This document shows, piece by piece, positions 10,215-22,044 of a stretch of DNA of 64,000 nucleotides; within the stretch, counting starts at the first letter, position 1, and each line of letters opens with the position of its first letter. The stretch lies in assembly GCF_054482595.1 (NCBI RefSeq), contig NZ_CM137008.1. One strand, 5' to 3'. The translations under genes and the position numbers were made by a program. Under the pieces are notes generated by a model. It was not told where the DNA came from. It saw nothing but the letters and a program-made list of their open reading frames with translations, and made no database searches.

Positions 10215-11573
10215 ATGGAACAATATGATCAAATTGGCGCAAGACTGGACCGCTTGCCTTTGGCCCGGTTTCATTATCGTATATTTGGTATTATAAGCTT
10301 TAGTCTGTTATTAACAGGGTTTTTGAGTTACTCCGGTAATGTCGTCTTAGCAAAGCTGGTAAGCAATGGATGGTCAAATAATTTCCTCAATGCCGCCTTT
10401 ACCTCGGCATTAATGTTTGGTTATTTCATCGGCTCTCTTACCGGTGGGTTCATCGGTGATTACTTTGGGCGGCGCAGGGCGTTTCGCATAAATCTTCTCA
10501 TCGTCGGTATTGCTGCAACAGGGGCCGCTTTTGTCCCTGATATGTACTGGCTCATCTTCTTTCGCTTCCTGATGGGAACAGGAATGGGGGCGCTGATTAT
10601 GGTTGGCTATGCCTCATTTACGGAGTTTATCCCCGCGACGGTGCGTGGAAAATGGTCCGCGCGGCTCTCATTTGTTGGTAACTGGTCGCCCATGCTGTCT
10701 GCGGCGATAGGTGTGGTGGTTATCGCTTTTTTTAGTTGGCGGATAATGTTTCTGCTGGGTGGTATTGGCATACTGTTAGCCTGGTTTCTTTCAGGTAAAT
10801 ACTTTATTGAGTCGCCACGATGGCTGGCAGGGAAAGGGCAAATCGCAGGTGCAGAAAGCCAACTTCGTGAAGTAGAGCAGCAAATTGAAAGAGAGAAGAG
10901 TATTCGTTTACCCCCGCTTACTTCGTATCAGAGCAACAGCAAGGTTAAAGTAATCAAGGGTACTTTCTGGCTCCTGTTTAAAGGTGAAATGTTACGACGT
11001 ACATTAGTCGCGATTACTGTTTTAATTGCAATGAACATTTCGCTTTATACCATCACCGTATGGATACCGACCATATTTGTTAACTCCGGCATTGATGTCG
11101 ATAAATCAATATTAATGACCGCTGTTATTATGATTGGCGCTCCGGTAGGAATATTTATTGCGGCATTAATTATTGATCATTTTCCTCGTCGGTTATTTGG
11201 CTCCACCTTACTTATTATTATTGCCGTGTTAGGCTATATCTATTCAATTCAGACTACAGAGTGGGCGATTTTAATCTATGGCCTGGTGATGATATTCTTT
11301 TTATACATGTATGTTTGCTTCGCGTCGGCGGTTTATATCCCGGAGCTTTGGCCAACGCATTTACGCCTGCGCGGTTCGGGTTTCGTTAATGCCGTCGGAC
11401 GGATCGTCGCAGTCTTCACGCCCTATGGCGTTGCGGCATTATTAACACATTATGGGTCGATCACGGTGTTTATGGTACTTGGTGTCATGTTATTGCTCTG
11501 TGCGCTGGTTCTCTCCATTTTTGGCATCGAAACGCGAAAGGTGTCGTTGGAAGAGATTTCTGAGGTGAATTAA
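10215..11573 (+). CDS. ydjE: MFS-family transporter YdjE
   Basis: ORF 10110-11573; start placed at MEQYDQIGARLDRL (452 aa); GDYFGRRRA MFS motif; paralogous in layout to YdjK. Confidence 0.85.
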   Translation: MEQYDQIGARLDRLPLARFHYRIFGIISFSLLLTGFLSYSGNVVLAKLVSNGWSNNFLNAAFTSALMFGYFIGSLTGGFIGDYFGRRRAFRINLLIVGIAATGAAFVPDMYWLIFFRFLMGTGMGALIMVGYASFTEFIPATVRGKWSARLSFVGNWSPMLSAAIGVVVIAFFSWRIMFLLGGIGILLAWFLSGKYFIESPRWLAGKGQIAGAESQLREVEQQIEREKSIRLPPLTSYQSNSKVKVIKGTFWLLFKGEMLRRTLVAITVLIAMNISLYTITVWIPTIFVNSGIDVDKSILMTAVIMIGAPVGIFIAALIIDHFPRRLFGSTLLIIIAVLGYIYSIQTTEWAILIYGLVMIFFLYMYVCFASAVYIPELWPTHLRLRGSGFVNAVGRIVAVFTPYGVAALLTHYGSITVFMVLGVMLLLCALVLSIFGIETRKVSLEEISEVN

Positions 11574-11665
11574 ATCTTTCGTTGATGGCATCAATTGCCA
11601 GATGTGCCACTGACGTGTTTTATTTGGCCTACAATGCCAGTACAGAATTGTAGGCCAGCGTAAAA

Positions 11666-12307
11666 TTACCCCTGCGTCTCTTCCCAGTCTGCCAGCGTAT
11701 ATAGCGTTGCCCCAGCTGCTGACATCTCCATAAACGCGTGCGCACTGTCCTGGGGCTGGATATTCACGCCACGACAACCATCGGTAATCACGTTTACCTT
11801 ATAACCTAACTGTAACGCGTCCAGCACGGTAAACTTCACGCAATAGTCAGTAGCCAGGCCCATAACGATCAATTCATCGATTTCATGATCGCGTAACCAG
11901 TCATCGAGAGAGGTTTTCTGCCGACGGCCGTTATCAAAAAAGGCACTGTAACTGTCAACTAAAGGATTTTCGCCTTTATGGAACACCGCTGCGATCGCTT
12001 TTTGGTTCAGTAACGGATGTAATTGTGCGCCTTCACTGTTCTGCACACAGTGATCTGGCCAGAAGGTTTGTGGCAAACCGTCGAGTTGGCCTGGCGTATA
12101 AGGCTCTACACCGTGCTGGCTGGCAAAACTGCCGTGATTCGCCGGGTGCCAGTCCTGACTGGCGATAACCGCTTCACCGCGCGACTGGCACCAGTCAATC
12201 AGGCGGTTAGCGACATCCACCGTACTGTCACCTTCCGGCACGGCGAGCGCGCCACCAGCACAGAAATCATTTTGTAAATCGACCAGTAACAGGGCGCGAG
12301 GGGGCAT
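11666..12307 (-). CDS. pncA: Nicotinamidase / pyrazinamidase
   Basis: Isochorismatase-fold ORF (LLLVDLQNDFC; catalytic Cys in DYCVKFT); start placed at MPPRALLL (213 aa). Confidence 0.9.
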   Translation of the reverse strand: MPPRALLLVDLQNDFCAGGALAVPEGDSTVDVANRLIDWCQSRGEAVIASQDWHPANHGSFASQHGVEPYTPGQLDGLPQTFWPDHCVQNSEGAQLHPLLNQKAIAAVFHKGENPLVDSYSAFFDNGRRQKTSLDDWLRDHEIDELIVMGLATDYCVKFTVLDALQLGYKVNVITDGCRGVNIQPQDSAHAFMEMSAAGATLYTLADWEETQG

Positions 12308-12317
12308 TGCAGTCTCC

Positions 12318-13334
12318 TTAATCATCTGGCGTCAGTTCGCCGCGCAGGTTTTGGCTCATGGCCTTGCGAATGGTTTCAGTATCCAGTTCCTGGCTAAGCA
12401 GGTAATGCAGTTTGGTTAGCGTGGCTTCTACAGTCATATCTGCACCGCCAATAACGCCAGCATGGGCGAGGGCGTTACCGGTGGCATAACCACCCATATT
12501 CACTTTACCGGACATACATTGTGTCAGGTTGACCACCACAATACCGCGATCGCTGGCTTCTTGTAATTCCTGCAGGAAGGCTTTGTTTTGTGGCGCATTA
12601 CCCACGCCATATGAGCGCAGAATCAATGCTTTCACCGGTTGGCGCAGAAAATTGCGCACGACGTCAGCAGAAATCCCTGGATAAATCGTCACTACGCCAA
12701 TTGGTTGTGGGGTGATTGGATGAACGATTAATTCCCCTTCACCGTGCGGGGCGGGTGGCGTATTCAAACGACGAATATGGATACCTGCTTCCAGTAACGG
12801 AGGAAGGTTTGGAGAGGCAAACGCATCAAAACCATCGGCATGGGCTTTGGTAGTGCGGTTGCCGCGATACAATCGGTTATTGAAAAAGAGCGTTACTTCG
12901 TTGATCGGATAATTCGCCGCAACGTACAACGCATTCAGCAGATTAATTTGTCCGTCAGAGCGTAACTCAGCCAGCGGGATTTGTGACCCTGTCACAATGA
13001 CCGGTTTACCGAGATTTTCGAGCATGAACGACAGCGCAGAGGCGGTATATGCCATCGTATCGGTGCCGTGCAGAATGACAAAACCATCATAGTCGTCATA
13101 GTGCGCTTTAATATCTTCAGCAATATGCTGCCAGTCTTCCGGCGTCATGTCTGAAGAATCCATCAGCGGCGTATATTCATGAATGGTGAAATCTGGCATC
13201 TCCGGACGATGGAATTCCGGCATCAGCGCCAGTTGGCGTTGTAGATGACCTGACACCGGTATATAACCCTGCTCGGAACGCTGCATCCCGATGGTCCCGC
13301 CCGTGTAGGCGACGTAAATTGATTTCTTTTGCAT
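12318..13334 (-). CDS. ansA: Cytoplasmic L-asparaginase I
   Basis: Asparaginase signature YTGGTIGM near the N-terminus; start placed at MQKKSIYVAYTGG (338 aa), not the upstream in-frame Met of the 385-aa ORF. Confidence 0.9.
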   Translation of the reverse strand: MQKKSIYVAYTGGTIGMQRSEQGYIPVSGHLQRQLALMPEFHRPEMPDFTIHEYTPLMDSSDMTPEDWQHIAEDIKAHYDDYDGFVILHGTDTMAYTASALSFMLENLGKPVIVTGSQIPLAELRSDGQINLLNALYVAANYPINEVTLFFNNRLYRGNRTTKAHADGFDAFASPNLPPLLEAGIHIRRLNTPPAPHGEGELIVHPITPQPIGVVTIYPGISADVVRNFLRQPVKALILRSYGVGNAPQNKAFLQELQEASDRGIVVVNLTQCMSGKVNMGGYATGNALAHAGVIGGADMTVEATLTKLHYLLSQELDTETIRKAMSQNLRGELTPDD

Positions 13335-13487
13335 GATATTGATATGAATGATATCGAAAGAGCAAAAGTATATACGTGAGGCAGGGGGAGCGCACCTGAT
13401 ACTATGCGGATAAGGAAATATGGGGCGAGACAGCGGGAAGAGGATTAAAAATATGGCCGACGATCTGTCGGCCACTCAGTACAAGAC

Positions 13488-15344
13488 TTAACGCACGTTG
13501 GCGCAGGTCAGGCAAAACGCATAACGGTTTTGTGGGTCGTTAAACGCCGCCAGCTTGTCGCTTTCACTTTTAACGGTAGAGGCTACCGAGGCCAGCGGTG
13601 CAGGTAACATGGCCTGGAACGCATCTGGCAACATTGCCCGGACAGAACCAGACATGTTGTCCATCACTTTGTCGAAGAAGGTCGGTTCATCAACGTAGTA
13701 TTCCAGATGCCACTGTTTCACTTTTGCCAGCTCTGCTGCTTTGGCAACCGCATCATCGAAATCCCCGAGACTATCGACCAGCCCGTTAGCTTTTGCGTCC
13801 TGACCGGTCCAGACGTGGCCCTGGGCGATTTTATCAATCTGCTCCGGCGTCGAATGACGCGCATCAGCAACCAGCGTGATAAAGCGTTTATAGCCATTCT
13901 CAATGCTTAACTGCATCATCTGCTGCGCTTCCGGCGGCAGTGCCTTGGTGATAGAAACATCCGCCAGCGGTGAAGTTGAGACACCATCAGTATGAACACC
14001 AATCGAATCCAGACTATTTTCTACGGTGGTGATCACGCCGAAGATACCGATAGAACCGGTCAGGGTGCTGGGGTTAGCCACAATGTAATTAGCTGGCGTG
14101 GAAATCCAGTAACCACCAGATGCCGCCATGCCGCCCATCGATACAACCACAGGCTTACCCGCTGCCCGGGCTGCTGCCAGTTCAGCGCGAATCACTTCAG
14201 ACGCGGTAACGCTGCCGCCTGGGCTATTAACACGCAGGACAATCGCTTTCACTTTCGGGTCAAGGCGAGCGTCGCGGATTTGTGCCGCAGTGGTATCACC
14301 GCCAACATTCCCCTGAGTTTCCTCGCCATCCATAATTGCGCCATTAGCGAAGACGACACCGATGCTGTCACCGGTATCTGCCGGCGTTTTCAATGCGTAA
14401 TCGTAATAACTGATGGCGCGATAATTTTTATCAGCCTTGCTCCAGCCAAACTCTTTGGTCAGGGCTTTTTCAATTTCGGCATTCGTTGCCAGCGCGTCGA
14501 CCAGTTTGTTTTCCAGCGCGTACTTCGCAGTATCGCCACCCGTTTTGGTTAAGCCAGCCAGTAGCCCTTGCGCCCCAGGGAATACCTGCTGAGCAGGGAT
14601 CTGCCGGTTAGCGGCAACAGTATTCAGATAGTTTTGCCACAGCTCACCAATCCAGCGGCTGTCAGCTTCGCGGGCTGCCGGTGACATATCATCACGAATA
14701 AATGGTTCAACGGCAGATTTATACGTACCCACACGGAACACATGGGTGGAAACTTTCAGCTTATCCAGCAACGATTTGTAGTACAGACCGTTGGTAGCAA
14801 AACCGTGCAGATCAACCACGCCTTGCGGTGACAGCCAAATTTTATTGGCGAAACTGGCGAGATAATATTGCCCCTGGCTGTAGTTCTCGCCAACGGCATA
14901 AACCGGTTTCCCGCTGTCACGAAACTCTTTCAGGGCTTTGCCGATGTACTGCATAGACGGCTGGTCGCCGCCTGCGAAGTTTTTCAGATCCATCACGATA
15001 CCGGTGATATTGCGGTCGTCCTTCGCCTGGCGAATGGTGTTGACGATATCAAACAGTGAGTTTTCCTGCAGACGATCGGAACTGGCACCAAGTAGTTGGC
15101 GGCTTAATTTACTAAACCGCTGAGAACTGTCGGGTTTATCGACGATCACACCAGAAATGTCCAGCAGCAGTGCACAACGACTGGCCGTTTCTTTCGAATC
15201 ACCACCACTGACCTGCATCCAGATCCCCACACCAACCAGCACGAGAAAAATAAAGAACAGGTTAAGTACCATTTCACGGACGAAATTCAGCAGACGCCAC
15301 GTCCATTTAAAAAATCCGGCAATAAATCGCCAAAGGGTTCGCAT
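13488..15344 (-). CDS. sppA: Signal peptide peptidase A (protease IV)
   Basis: Tandem S49 peptidase domains; start placed at [12 protein letters not shown] (618 aa) within the 666-aa ORF. Confidence 0.9.
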
Positions 15345-15504
15345 GTATTCTCCCAACTTAAGGTCACACCTGTCACAGGCGCAATAGATGTGGTTATCGT
15401 AATGACCCAACCGACACTTGTCAGCAGGAATTGCGGACTGTGCTGTAACAAAATCCACTCTCGTGTTAATTTTGTGAATAAATATCATGACAGGAGTTAA
15501 TCAA

Positions 15505-16056
15505 ATGGATGCACTCGAACTATTGATCAATCGCCGTAGCGCCTCCCGCCTGGCTGAACCCGCGCCAACGGGTGAACAACTGCAAAACATCCTGCGTGCG
15601 GGTATGCGTGCGCCGGACCATAAGTCCATGCAACCGTGGCATTTTTTTGTGATTGAAGGGGAAGGGCGCGAGCGTTTCAGCGCCGTACTGGAGCAGGGGG
15701 CGATTGCTGCCGGTAGTGATGACAAAGCCATCGACAAAGCGCGTAATGCGCCGTTCCGCGCACCGCTCATCATCACGGTGGTGGCGAAATGCGAAGAAAA
15801 TCATAAAGTCCCGCGCTGGGAACAGGAAATGTCTGCCGGATGCGCGGTCATGGCGATGCAAATGGCAGCCGTTGCCCAGGGTTTTGGCGGCATCTGGCGC
15901 AGTGGCGCATTAACTGAAAGCCCGGTAGTGCGTGAAGCATTCGGTTGCCGTGAGCAGGATAAAATTGTCGGTTTTCTCTACCTCGGTACGCCGCAGTTGA
16001 AAGCATCTACGTCGATAAACGTCCCGGACCCGACGCCGTTTGTGACTTATTTCTGA
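15505..16056 (+). CDS. ydjA: NAD(P)H nitroreductase-family protein YdjA
   Basis: Nitroreductase-fold ORF; start placed at [12 protein letters not shown] (183 aa). Confidence 0.88.
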   Translation: MDALELLINRRSASRLAEPAPTGEQLQNILRAGMRAPDHKSMQPWHFFVIEGEGRERFSAVLEQGAIAAGSDDKAIDKARNAPFRAPLIITVVAKCEENHKVPRWEQEMSAGCAVMAMQMAAVAQGFGGIWRSGALTESPVVREAFGCREQDKIVGFLYLGTPQLKASTSINVPDPTPFVTYF

Positions 16057-16172
16057 TAATTGTCGCGAAACTGTCTGGATTGTGAGCAAAGGCGCAGGAA
16101 TTCAGACACTCTCACTTATCACTTCACGGAATGAGGGTTACCATACCCGGATTGCATTGACAGGAGATGTCC

Positions 16173-17216
16173 ATGAGCGAGAACTCGATTCGTTTGACCC
16201 AATACAGCCACGGAGCTGGTTGCGGCTGTAAAATTTCCCCAAAAGTGTTGGAAACCATCCTGCACAGTGAGCAGGCGAAGTTTGTTGATCCGAATTTGCT
16301 TGTGGGTAATGAAACCCGCGACGATGCGGCGGTGTACGATCTGGGCAATGGCACCAGCGTTATCAGTACTACCGACTTCTTTATGCCGATCGTTGATAAT
16401 CCTTTCGATTTTGGCCGCATTGCGGCGACTAACGCCATCAGCGATATCTTCGCGATGGGGGGCAAACCGATTATGGCGATTGCGATCCTCGGCTGGCCGA
16501 TTAACAAACTTTCCCCAGAAATTGCCCGCGAAGTAACCGAAGGTGGACGCTATGCATGCCGTCAGGCGGGTATTGCGCTGGCTGGCGGTCACTCCATCGA
16601 TGCGCCGGAGCCGATTTTTGGTCTGGCGGTAACGGGGATCGTACCGACCGAGCGGGTGAAGAAAAACAGTACCGCACAAGCCGGATGCAAACTGTTCCTG
16701 ACGAAACCGCTGGGGATCGGCGTTCTTACCACGGCTGAGAAAAAATCACTGCTGAAACCAGAACATCAGGGACTGGCGACGGAAGTGATGTGCCGGATGA
16801 ACATCGCAGGCGCGTCCTTTGCCAACATTGAAGGCGTAAAAGCGATGACCGACGTAACGGGCTTTGGCCTGCTGGGCCATTTGAGCGAAATGTGTCAGGG
16901 CGCAGGTGTGCAGGCGCGTGTTGACTATGACGCGATCCCGAAATTGCCGGGGGTTGAAGAGTACATTAAGTTGGGTGCAGTGCCTGGCGGCACCGAACGT
17001 AACTTTGCCAGCTACGGTCATCTGATGGGTGAAATGCCGCGTGAAGTGCGCGATTTGCTGTGCGATCCGCAAACTTCTGGCGGTTTGCTGCTGGCGGTCA
17101 TGCCGGAAGCAGAAAATGAGGTTAAAGCTACAGCCGCCGAGTTTGGCATTGAACTGACGGCGATTGGCGAACTGGTGCCAGCGCGCGGCGGTCGTGCCAT
17201 GGTTGAGATCCGTTAA
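16173..17216 (+). CDS. selD: Selenide, water dikinase (selenophosphate synthetase)
   Basis: [12 protein letters not shown]-terminal active-site loop and AIR-synthase-like fold; start at MSENSIRL (347 aa). Confidence 0.92.
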
Positions 17217-17220
17217 TTCA

Positions 17221-19182
17221 ATGCGGTTGTTTATTGCCGAAAAACCGAGTCTGGCGCGCGCCATTGCTGATGTCCTGCCCAAACCGCACCGTAAAGGCGA
17301 TGGCTTTATCGAGTGCGGTAATGGTCAGGTGGTGACCTGGTGTATCGGTCACCTGCTTGAGCAGGCGCAGCCAGACGCCTACGACAGCCGCTATGCGCGC
17401 TGGAATCTTGCGGATTTGCCGATTGTCCCGGAAAAGTGGCAATTACAGCCCCGACCCTCCGTGACCAAACAACTTAACGTCATCAAACGGTACCTGCATG
17501 AAGCCAGCGAAATCGTTCACGCCGGGGACCCGGATCGCGAAGGGCAACTGCTGGTGGATGAAGTGCTGGACTATCTACAACTGGCACCGGAAAAGCGCCA
17601 GCAGGTGCAGCGTTGCTTGATAAACGACCTGAACCCGCAGGCGGTTGAGCGGGCGATCGACCGTCTTCGTTCCAACAGTGAGTTTGTACCGCTGTGCGTT
17701 TCTGCGCTGGCGCGAGCGCGTGCCGACTGGCTGTACGGCATCAATATGACCCGTGCGTATACCATTCTCGGTCGCAATGCCGGTTATCAGGGCGTACTTT
17801 CTGTGGGACGCGTGCAGACGCCCGTGCTTGGGCTGGTGGTGCGCCGCGATGAAGAGATTGAAAACTTCGTGGCGAAAGACTTCTTTGAAGTCAAAGCACA
17901 TATCGTGACACCTGCCGATGAGCGGTTTACCGCTATCTGGCAACCGAGCGAAGCGTGTGAACCGTACCAGGATGAAGAAGGGCGCTTGTTACATCGTCCA
18001 CTGGCAGAACATGTGGTTAACCGCATTAGTGGTCAACCGGCTATTGTCACCAGCTATAACGATAAACGGGAATCAGAATCCGCGCCGCTGCCGTTTTCGC
18101 TTTCGGCGTTGCAGATTGAAGCGGCAAAACGTTTTGGTCTGAGTGCGCAGAACGTGCTTGATATCTGCCAGAAGCTGTACGAAACGCACAAGCTAATCAC
18201 TTATCCGCGTTCCGATTGTCGCTATTTGCCAGAAGAACATTTTGCCGGACGCCACGCGGTGATGAATGCCATCAGCGTTCATGCACCAGATCTGTTGCCG
18301 CAGCCAGTGGTAGATCCAGATATACGCAACCGCTGTTGGGATGACAAAATGGTCGATGCGCACCACGCCATCATCCCGACCGCACGGAGTTCTGCGATCA
18401 ACCTGACGGAGAACGAAGCGAAGGTCTATAACCTTATTGCCCGTCAGTACTTGATGCAGTTCTGCCCGGATGCGGTGTTCCGCAAGTGTGTTATCGAACT
18501 GGACATTGCCAAAGGCAAATTTGTCGCTAAAGCGCGTTTTCTTGCTGAAGCAGGTTGGCGCGCGCTGTTAGGCAGCAAAGAGCGCGATGAAGAAAACGAC
18601 GGCACGCCACTGCCTGTGGTGGCGAAAGGCGATGAGTTGCTGTGTGAAAAAGGTGAAGTGGTAGAGCGGCAAACCCAGCCGCCTCGCCATTTTACCGATG
18701 CAACACTGCTTTCGGCGATGACCGGGATCGCGCGCTTTGTGCAGGACAAAGATCTGAAAAAGATCCTTCGTGCGACCGATGGCCTGGGGACAGAAGCAAC
18801 GCGTGCCGGGATTATTGAACTGTTGTTCAAGCGTGGTTTCCTGACCAAAAAAGGGCGCTATATCCACTCTACCGACGCCGGAAAAGCGCTATTCCATTCG
18901 CTGCCGGAGATGGCTACGCGACCGGACATGACCGCGCACTGGGAATCAGTGCTGACGCAAATCAGCGAAAAGCAGTGTCGCTATCAGGACTTTATGCAGC
19001 CGCTGGTGGGGACGCTATATCAGCTTATTGATCAAGCCAAACGTACTCCGGTGCGGCAGTTTCGCGGCATTGTGGCTCCGGGCAGTGGTGGCAGTGCTGA
19101 TAAGAAAAAGGCTGCACCGCGTAAACGTAGTGCGAAAAAAAGTCCGCCAGCAGATGAAGCCGGAAGCGGGGCGATAGCGTAA
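17221..19182 (+). CDS. topB: DNA topoisomerase III
   Basis: Toprim N-terminus [14 protein letters not shown], type IA topoisomerase core, Lys/Arg-rich C-terminal tail; 653 aa from the internal Met. Confidence 0.92.
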   Translation: MRLFIAEKPSLARAIADVLPKPHRKGDGFIECGNGQVVTWCIGHLLEQAQPDAYDSRYARWNLADLPIVPEKWQLQPRPSVTKQLNVIKRYLHEASEIVHAGDPDREGQLLVDEVLDYLQLAPEKRQQVQRCLINDLNPQAVERAIDRLRSNSEFVPLCVSALARARADWLYGINMTRAYTILGRNAGYQGVLSVGRVQTPVLGLVVRRDEEIENFVAKDFFEVKAHIVTPADERFTAIWQPSEACEPYQDEEGRLLHRPLAEHVVNRISGQPAIVTSYNDKRESESAPLPFSLSALQIEAAKRFGLSAQNVLDICQKLYETHKLITYPRSDCRYLPEEHFAGRHAVMNAISVHAPDLLPQPVVDPDIRNRCWDDKMVDAHHAIIPTARSSAINLTENEAKVYNLIARQYLMQFCPDAVFRKCVIELDIAKGKFVAKARFLAEAGWRALLGSKERDEENDGTPLPVVAKGDELLCEKGEVVERQTQPPRHFTDATLLSAMTGIARFVQDKDLKKILRATDGLGTEATRAGIIELLFKRGFLTKKGRYIHSTDAGKALFHSLPEMATRPDMTAHWESVLTQISEKQCRYQDFMQPLVGTLYQLIDQAKRTPVRQFRGIVAPGSGGSADKKKAAPRKRSAKKSPPADEAGSGAIA

Positions 19183-19308
19183 GCGAGCGAATCTTTCGTG
19201 CTATTCGAGTCATATTCTGAAATATCCAGCGGATCAAGAAAATTCGTTGGATATTTTTTTGCATGGATAAAATTATCGCCTCTAAAGTATGTAATAACAG
19301 GGAATGTG

Positions 19309-20349
19309 ATGAAAAAAGTTTTATTACAAAACCATCCTGGGAGCGAGAAGTATTCTTTTAATGGCTGGGAAATATTTAATAGTAATTTTGAACGGATGAT
19401 TAAAGAAAATAAGGCCATGCTGCTTTGTAAGTGGGGAGGTTATTTAACATGTGTTGTCGCTGTAATGTTTGTATTCGCAGCGATAACATCCAACGGTTTG
19501 AATGAAAGAGGCCTGATTACTGCGGGATGCTCTTTTCTTTATCTATTAATTATGATGGGGCTTATTGTTCGGGCCGGTTTTAAAGCAAAAAAAGAACAAC
19601 TGCATTATTATCAGGCTAAAGGTATTGAGCCGCTCAGTATCGAGAAGTTACAGGCGCTACAATTGATCGCACCTTATCGATTCTATCATAAGCAATGGTC
19701 TGAAACGCTGGAGTTCTGGCCGCGAAAGCCTGAACCTGGCAAAGATACCTTCCAATATCATGTGCTTCCTTTTGACTCGATCAATATCATTAGTAAAAGA
19801 CGCGAGTCTTTAGAGGATCAATGGGGTATCGAAGATAGCGAAAGTTATTGTGCCTTAATGGAGCATTTTCTTTCTGGCGACCATGGAGCCAATACCTTTA
19901 AAGCAAACATGGAGGAAGCCCCAGAGCAGGTTATCGCCTTGTTGAATAAATTTGCTGTTTTTCCCTCAGATTATATCTCTGATTGCGCTAATAATCGCTC
20001 CGGTAAATCCTCGGCGAAGCTAATATGGGCGGCGGAATTATCATGGATGATCTCGATATCAAGCACAGCTTTTCAAAACGGGACAATTGAAGAAGAACTG
20101 GCCTGGCATTATATAATGCTTGCTTCTCGAAAGGCGCACGAGTTGTTCGAAAGCGAAGAAGATGATCAAAAAAATAGTCTAATGGGATTTCTTTACTGGC
20201 ATATCTGCTGCTATCGCAGAAAGTTAACGGATGCTGAACTTGAAGCGTGTTATCGTTACGACAAGCAGTTTTGGGAGCACTACAGTAAGAAATGCCGTTG
20301 GCCCATAAGAAATGTTCCCTGGGGAGCATCATCCGTTAAATACTCATAA
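19309..20349 (+). CDS. ynjI: Inner-membrane DUF1266-family protein YnjI
   Basis: ORF 19198-20349; start placed at MKKVLLQNHPG (346 aa); two predicted TM segments near the N-terminus. Confidence 0.8.
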   Translation: MKKVLLQNHPGSEKYSFNGWEIFNSNFERMIKENKAMLLCKWGGYLTCVVAVMFVFAAITSNGLNERGLITAGCSFLYLLIMMGLIVRAGFKAKKEQLHYYQAKGIEPLSIEKLQALQLIAPYRFYHKQWSETLEFWPRKPEPGKDTFQYHVLPFDSINIISKRRESLEDQWGIEDSESYCALMEHFLSGDHGANTFKANMEEAPEQVIALLNKFAVFPSDYISDCANNRSGKSSAKLIWAAELSWMISISSTAFQNGTIEEELAWHYIMLASRKAHELFESEEDDQKNSLMGFLYWHICCYRRKLTDAELEACYRYDKQFWEHYSKKCRWPIRNVPWGASSVKYS

Positions 20350-20361
20350 ACGCCTGAAATT

Positions 20362-20457
20362 TTGCCGGGGGCGCTGCGCTTGCCCGGCCTACATTAGAGC
20401 GTAACTGCAATGAATTGTGCCCATTTGTAGGCCTGATAAGCGTAGCGCCATCAGGCA
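20362..20457. repeat. Pair of REP (repetitive extragenic palindromic) units, BIME-like, between convergent ynjI and gdhA
   Basis: ttgccgggggcgctgcgcttgcccggcctaca and tgtaggcctgataagcgtagcgccatcaggca match the enterobacterial REP consensus (GCCTGATGCGACGCT.../CCGGCCTAC). Confidence 0.8.
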
Positions 20458-20465
20458 TTTACAAC

Positions 20466-21809
20466 TTAAATCACACCCTGCGCCAGCATCGCATCGGCAA
20501 CCTTCACAAAACCGGCAATGTTCGCGCCCTGCACGTAGTTGGTTTGCTCACCTTCACCACCATGCTCAACACAGGCATGGTGGATATCCAGCATGATGTG
20601 ATGCAAACGTGCGTCAACTTTCTCGGCTTTCCAGCCCAGGCGCGCAGCGTTTTGTGCCATTTCCAGGCCTGACGTTGCTACACCGCCAGCATTAGCCGCT
20701 TTACCCGGTGCAAACAGTACGCCTGCCTGCTGGAACAGTTCAGTCGCTTCGATGGTGGTCGGCATATTTGCCCCTTCGGCGACGGCTTTAACGCCATTGG
20801 CGATAAGCTGATGCGCGGCGTCAACATCCAGTTCGTTCTGGGTAGCGCAAGGCAGGGCGATATCAACCGGTACAGACCACGGCTGTTGGCCTTCGAGATA
20901 GACCAGACCAAATTCTTTGGCGTAATCTGCCACTCGACCATCGCGGCTGGCTTTGATTTCGATAAGACGTGCCAGTTTCTCTTTCGTGAATCCGCTTTCA
21001 TCAACTACAGTGCCGCTGGAGTCTGACGCAGTGATCACACGAGCACCAAATTCCATCGCTTTTTCGATAGCGTACTGGGCGACGTTGCCGGAGCCAGAAA
21101 CGGAAACGCGCATCCCTTCAAAACCCATACCGTGGCGTTTTAGCATTGCTTCTGTGAAATAAACCAGACCGTAGCCGGTAGCTTCCGGGCGAATAAGACT
21201 GCCGCCAAATGAAAGGCCCTTACCGGTGAAGACGCAGGCGGTATTGTTGGAGAGCTTTTTCATCATCCCCGCCATAAAGCCGACTTCACGACCACCAACC
21301 CCGATATCACCTGCCGGAACGTCGGTATCCGCGCCCAGGTGGCGATACAGTTCAGTCATCAGCGCCTGGCAAAAACGCATCACTTCACCTTCGCTTTTTC
21401 CTTTCGGATCGAAATCGCTGCCGCCTTTACCACCGCCCATCGGCAGAGTAGTCAGGGCATTTTTGAAGGTTTGTTCAAAGCCGAGGAATTTGAGAATGGA
21501 AAGGTTAACTGACGGATGGAAGCGCATACCGCCTTTGTACGGGCCGATGGCAGAGCTGAACTGCACACGCCATGCACGGTTGACCTGTACCTGATTGCGA
21601 TCATCAACCCATACCACGCGAAACTGGATCACGCGCTCCGGTTCAACCAGACGCTCCAGTAATGACATCTGGCGATATTTTGGATTTTGTTCAAGAAAAG
21701 GCCAGAGTGTGGTCATTACTTCACGAACGGCTTGCGCGAACTCGGTTTGATTCGGGTCGCGCTTTTGGACATGGTTGAGGAATGACTCCAGAGAATATGT
21801 CTGATCCAT
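20466..21809 (-). CDS. gdhA: NADP-specific glutamate dehydrogenase
   Basis: 447-aa ORF with GDH signature LPMGGGKGGSDFDPKGKS and C-terminal NAD(P) Rossmann domain. Confidence 0.95.
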   Translation of the reverse strand: MDQTYSLESFLNHVQKRDPNQTEFAQAVREVMTTLWPFLEQNPKYRQMSLLERLVEPERVIQFRVVWVDDRNQVQVNRAWRVQFSSAIGPYKGGMRFHPSVNLSILKFLGFEQTFKNALTTLPMGGGKGGSDFDPKGKSEGEVMRFCQALMTELYRHLGADTDVPAGDIGVGGREVGFMAGMMKKLSNNTACVFTGKGLSFGGSLIRPEATGYGLVYFTEAMLKRHGMGFEGMRVSVSGSGNVAQYAIEKAMEFGARVITASDSSGTVVDESGFTKEKLARLIEIKASRDGRVADYAKEFGLVYLEGQQPWSVPVDIALPCATQNELDVDAAHQLIANGVKAVAEGANMPTTIEATELFQQAGVLFAPGKAANAGGVATSGLEMAQNAARLGWKAEKVDARLHHIMLDIHHACVEHGGEGEQTNYVQGANIAGFVKVADAMLAQGVI

Positions 21810-22044
21810 AGATATAAAACCCTTATATATTAATACGATTGTGCTTATGTTGTTTATGTGATGTGCTTTTGCAGTTTTCGACTATACCATCAAGAATGTG
21901 ACGGTAAGCAAGAAAAAAATGACCCAGGAAAGCAAATTAATAACGAGAGTAATCTCATAACCAAATGCGATAACTCAGACGCTAAAGTTTTGCCACCCGG
22001 CTACCGTTATCAGTAGCAGAGACAATAACGTTAAGGAGTTCCCT

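Noticed and set aside
13488-15488. Extended N-termini of several track ORFs (sppA 666 aa, ansA 385 aa, ynjI 383 aa, ydjY 279 aa, ynjD 246 aa and others)
   Set aside because: The upstream in-frame Met codons extend into neighbouring genes or promoter regions; shorter starts matching the conserved N-termini and gene spacing were used instead.
20362-20457. Possible CRISPR or other repeat array at the ynjI-gdhA junction
   Set aside because: Only two palindromic units with the REP consensus and no regular spacer-repeat structure; this is a BIME/REP element, not CRISPR.
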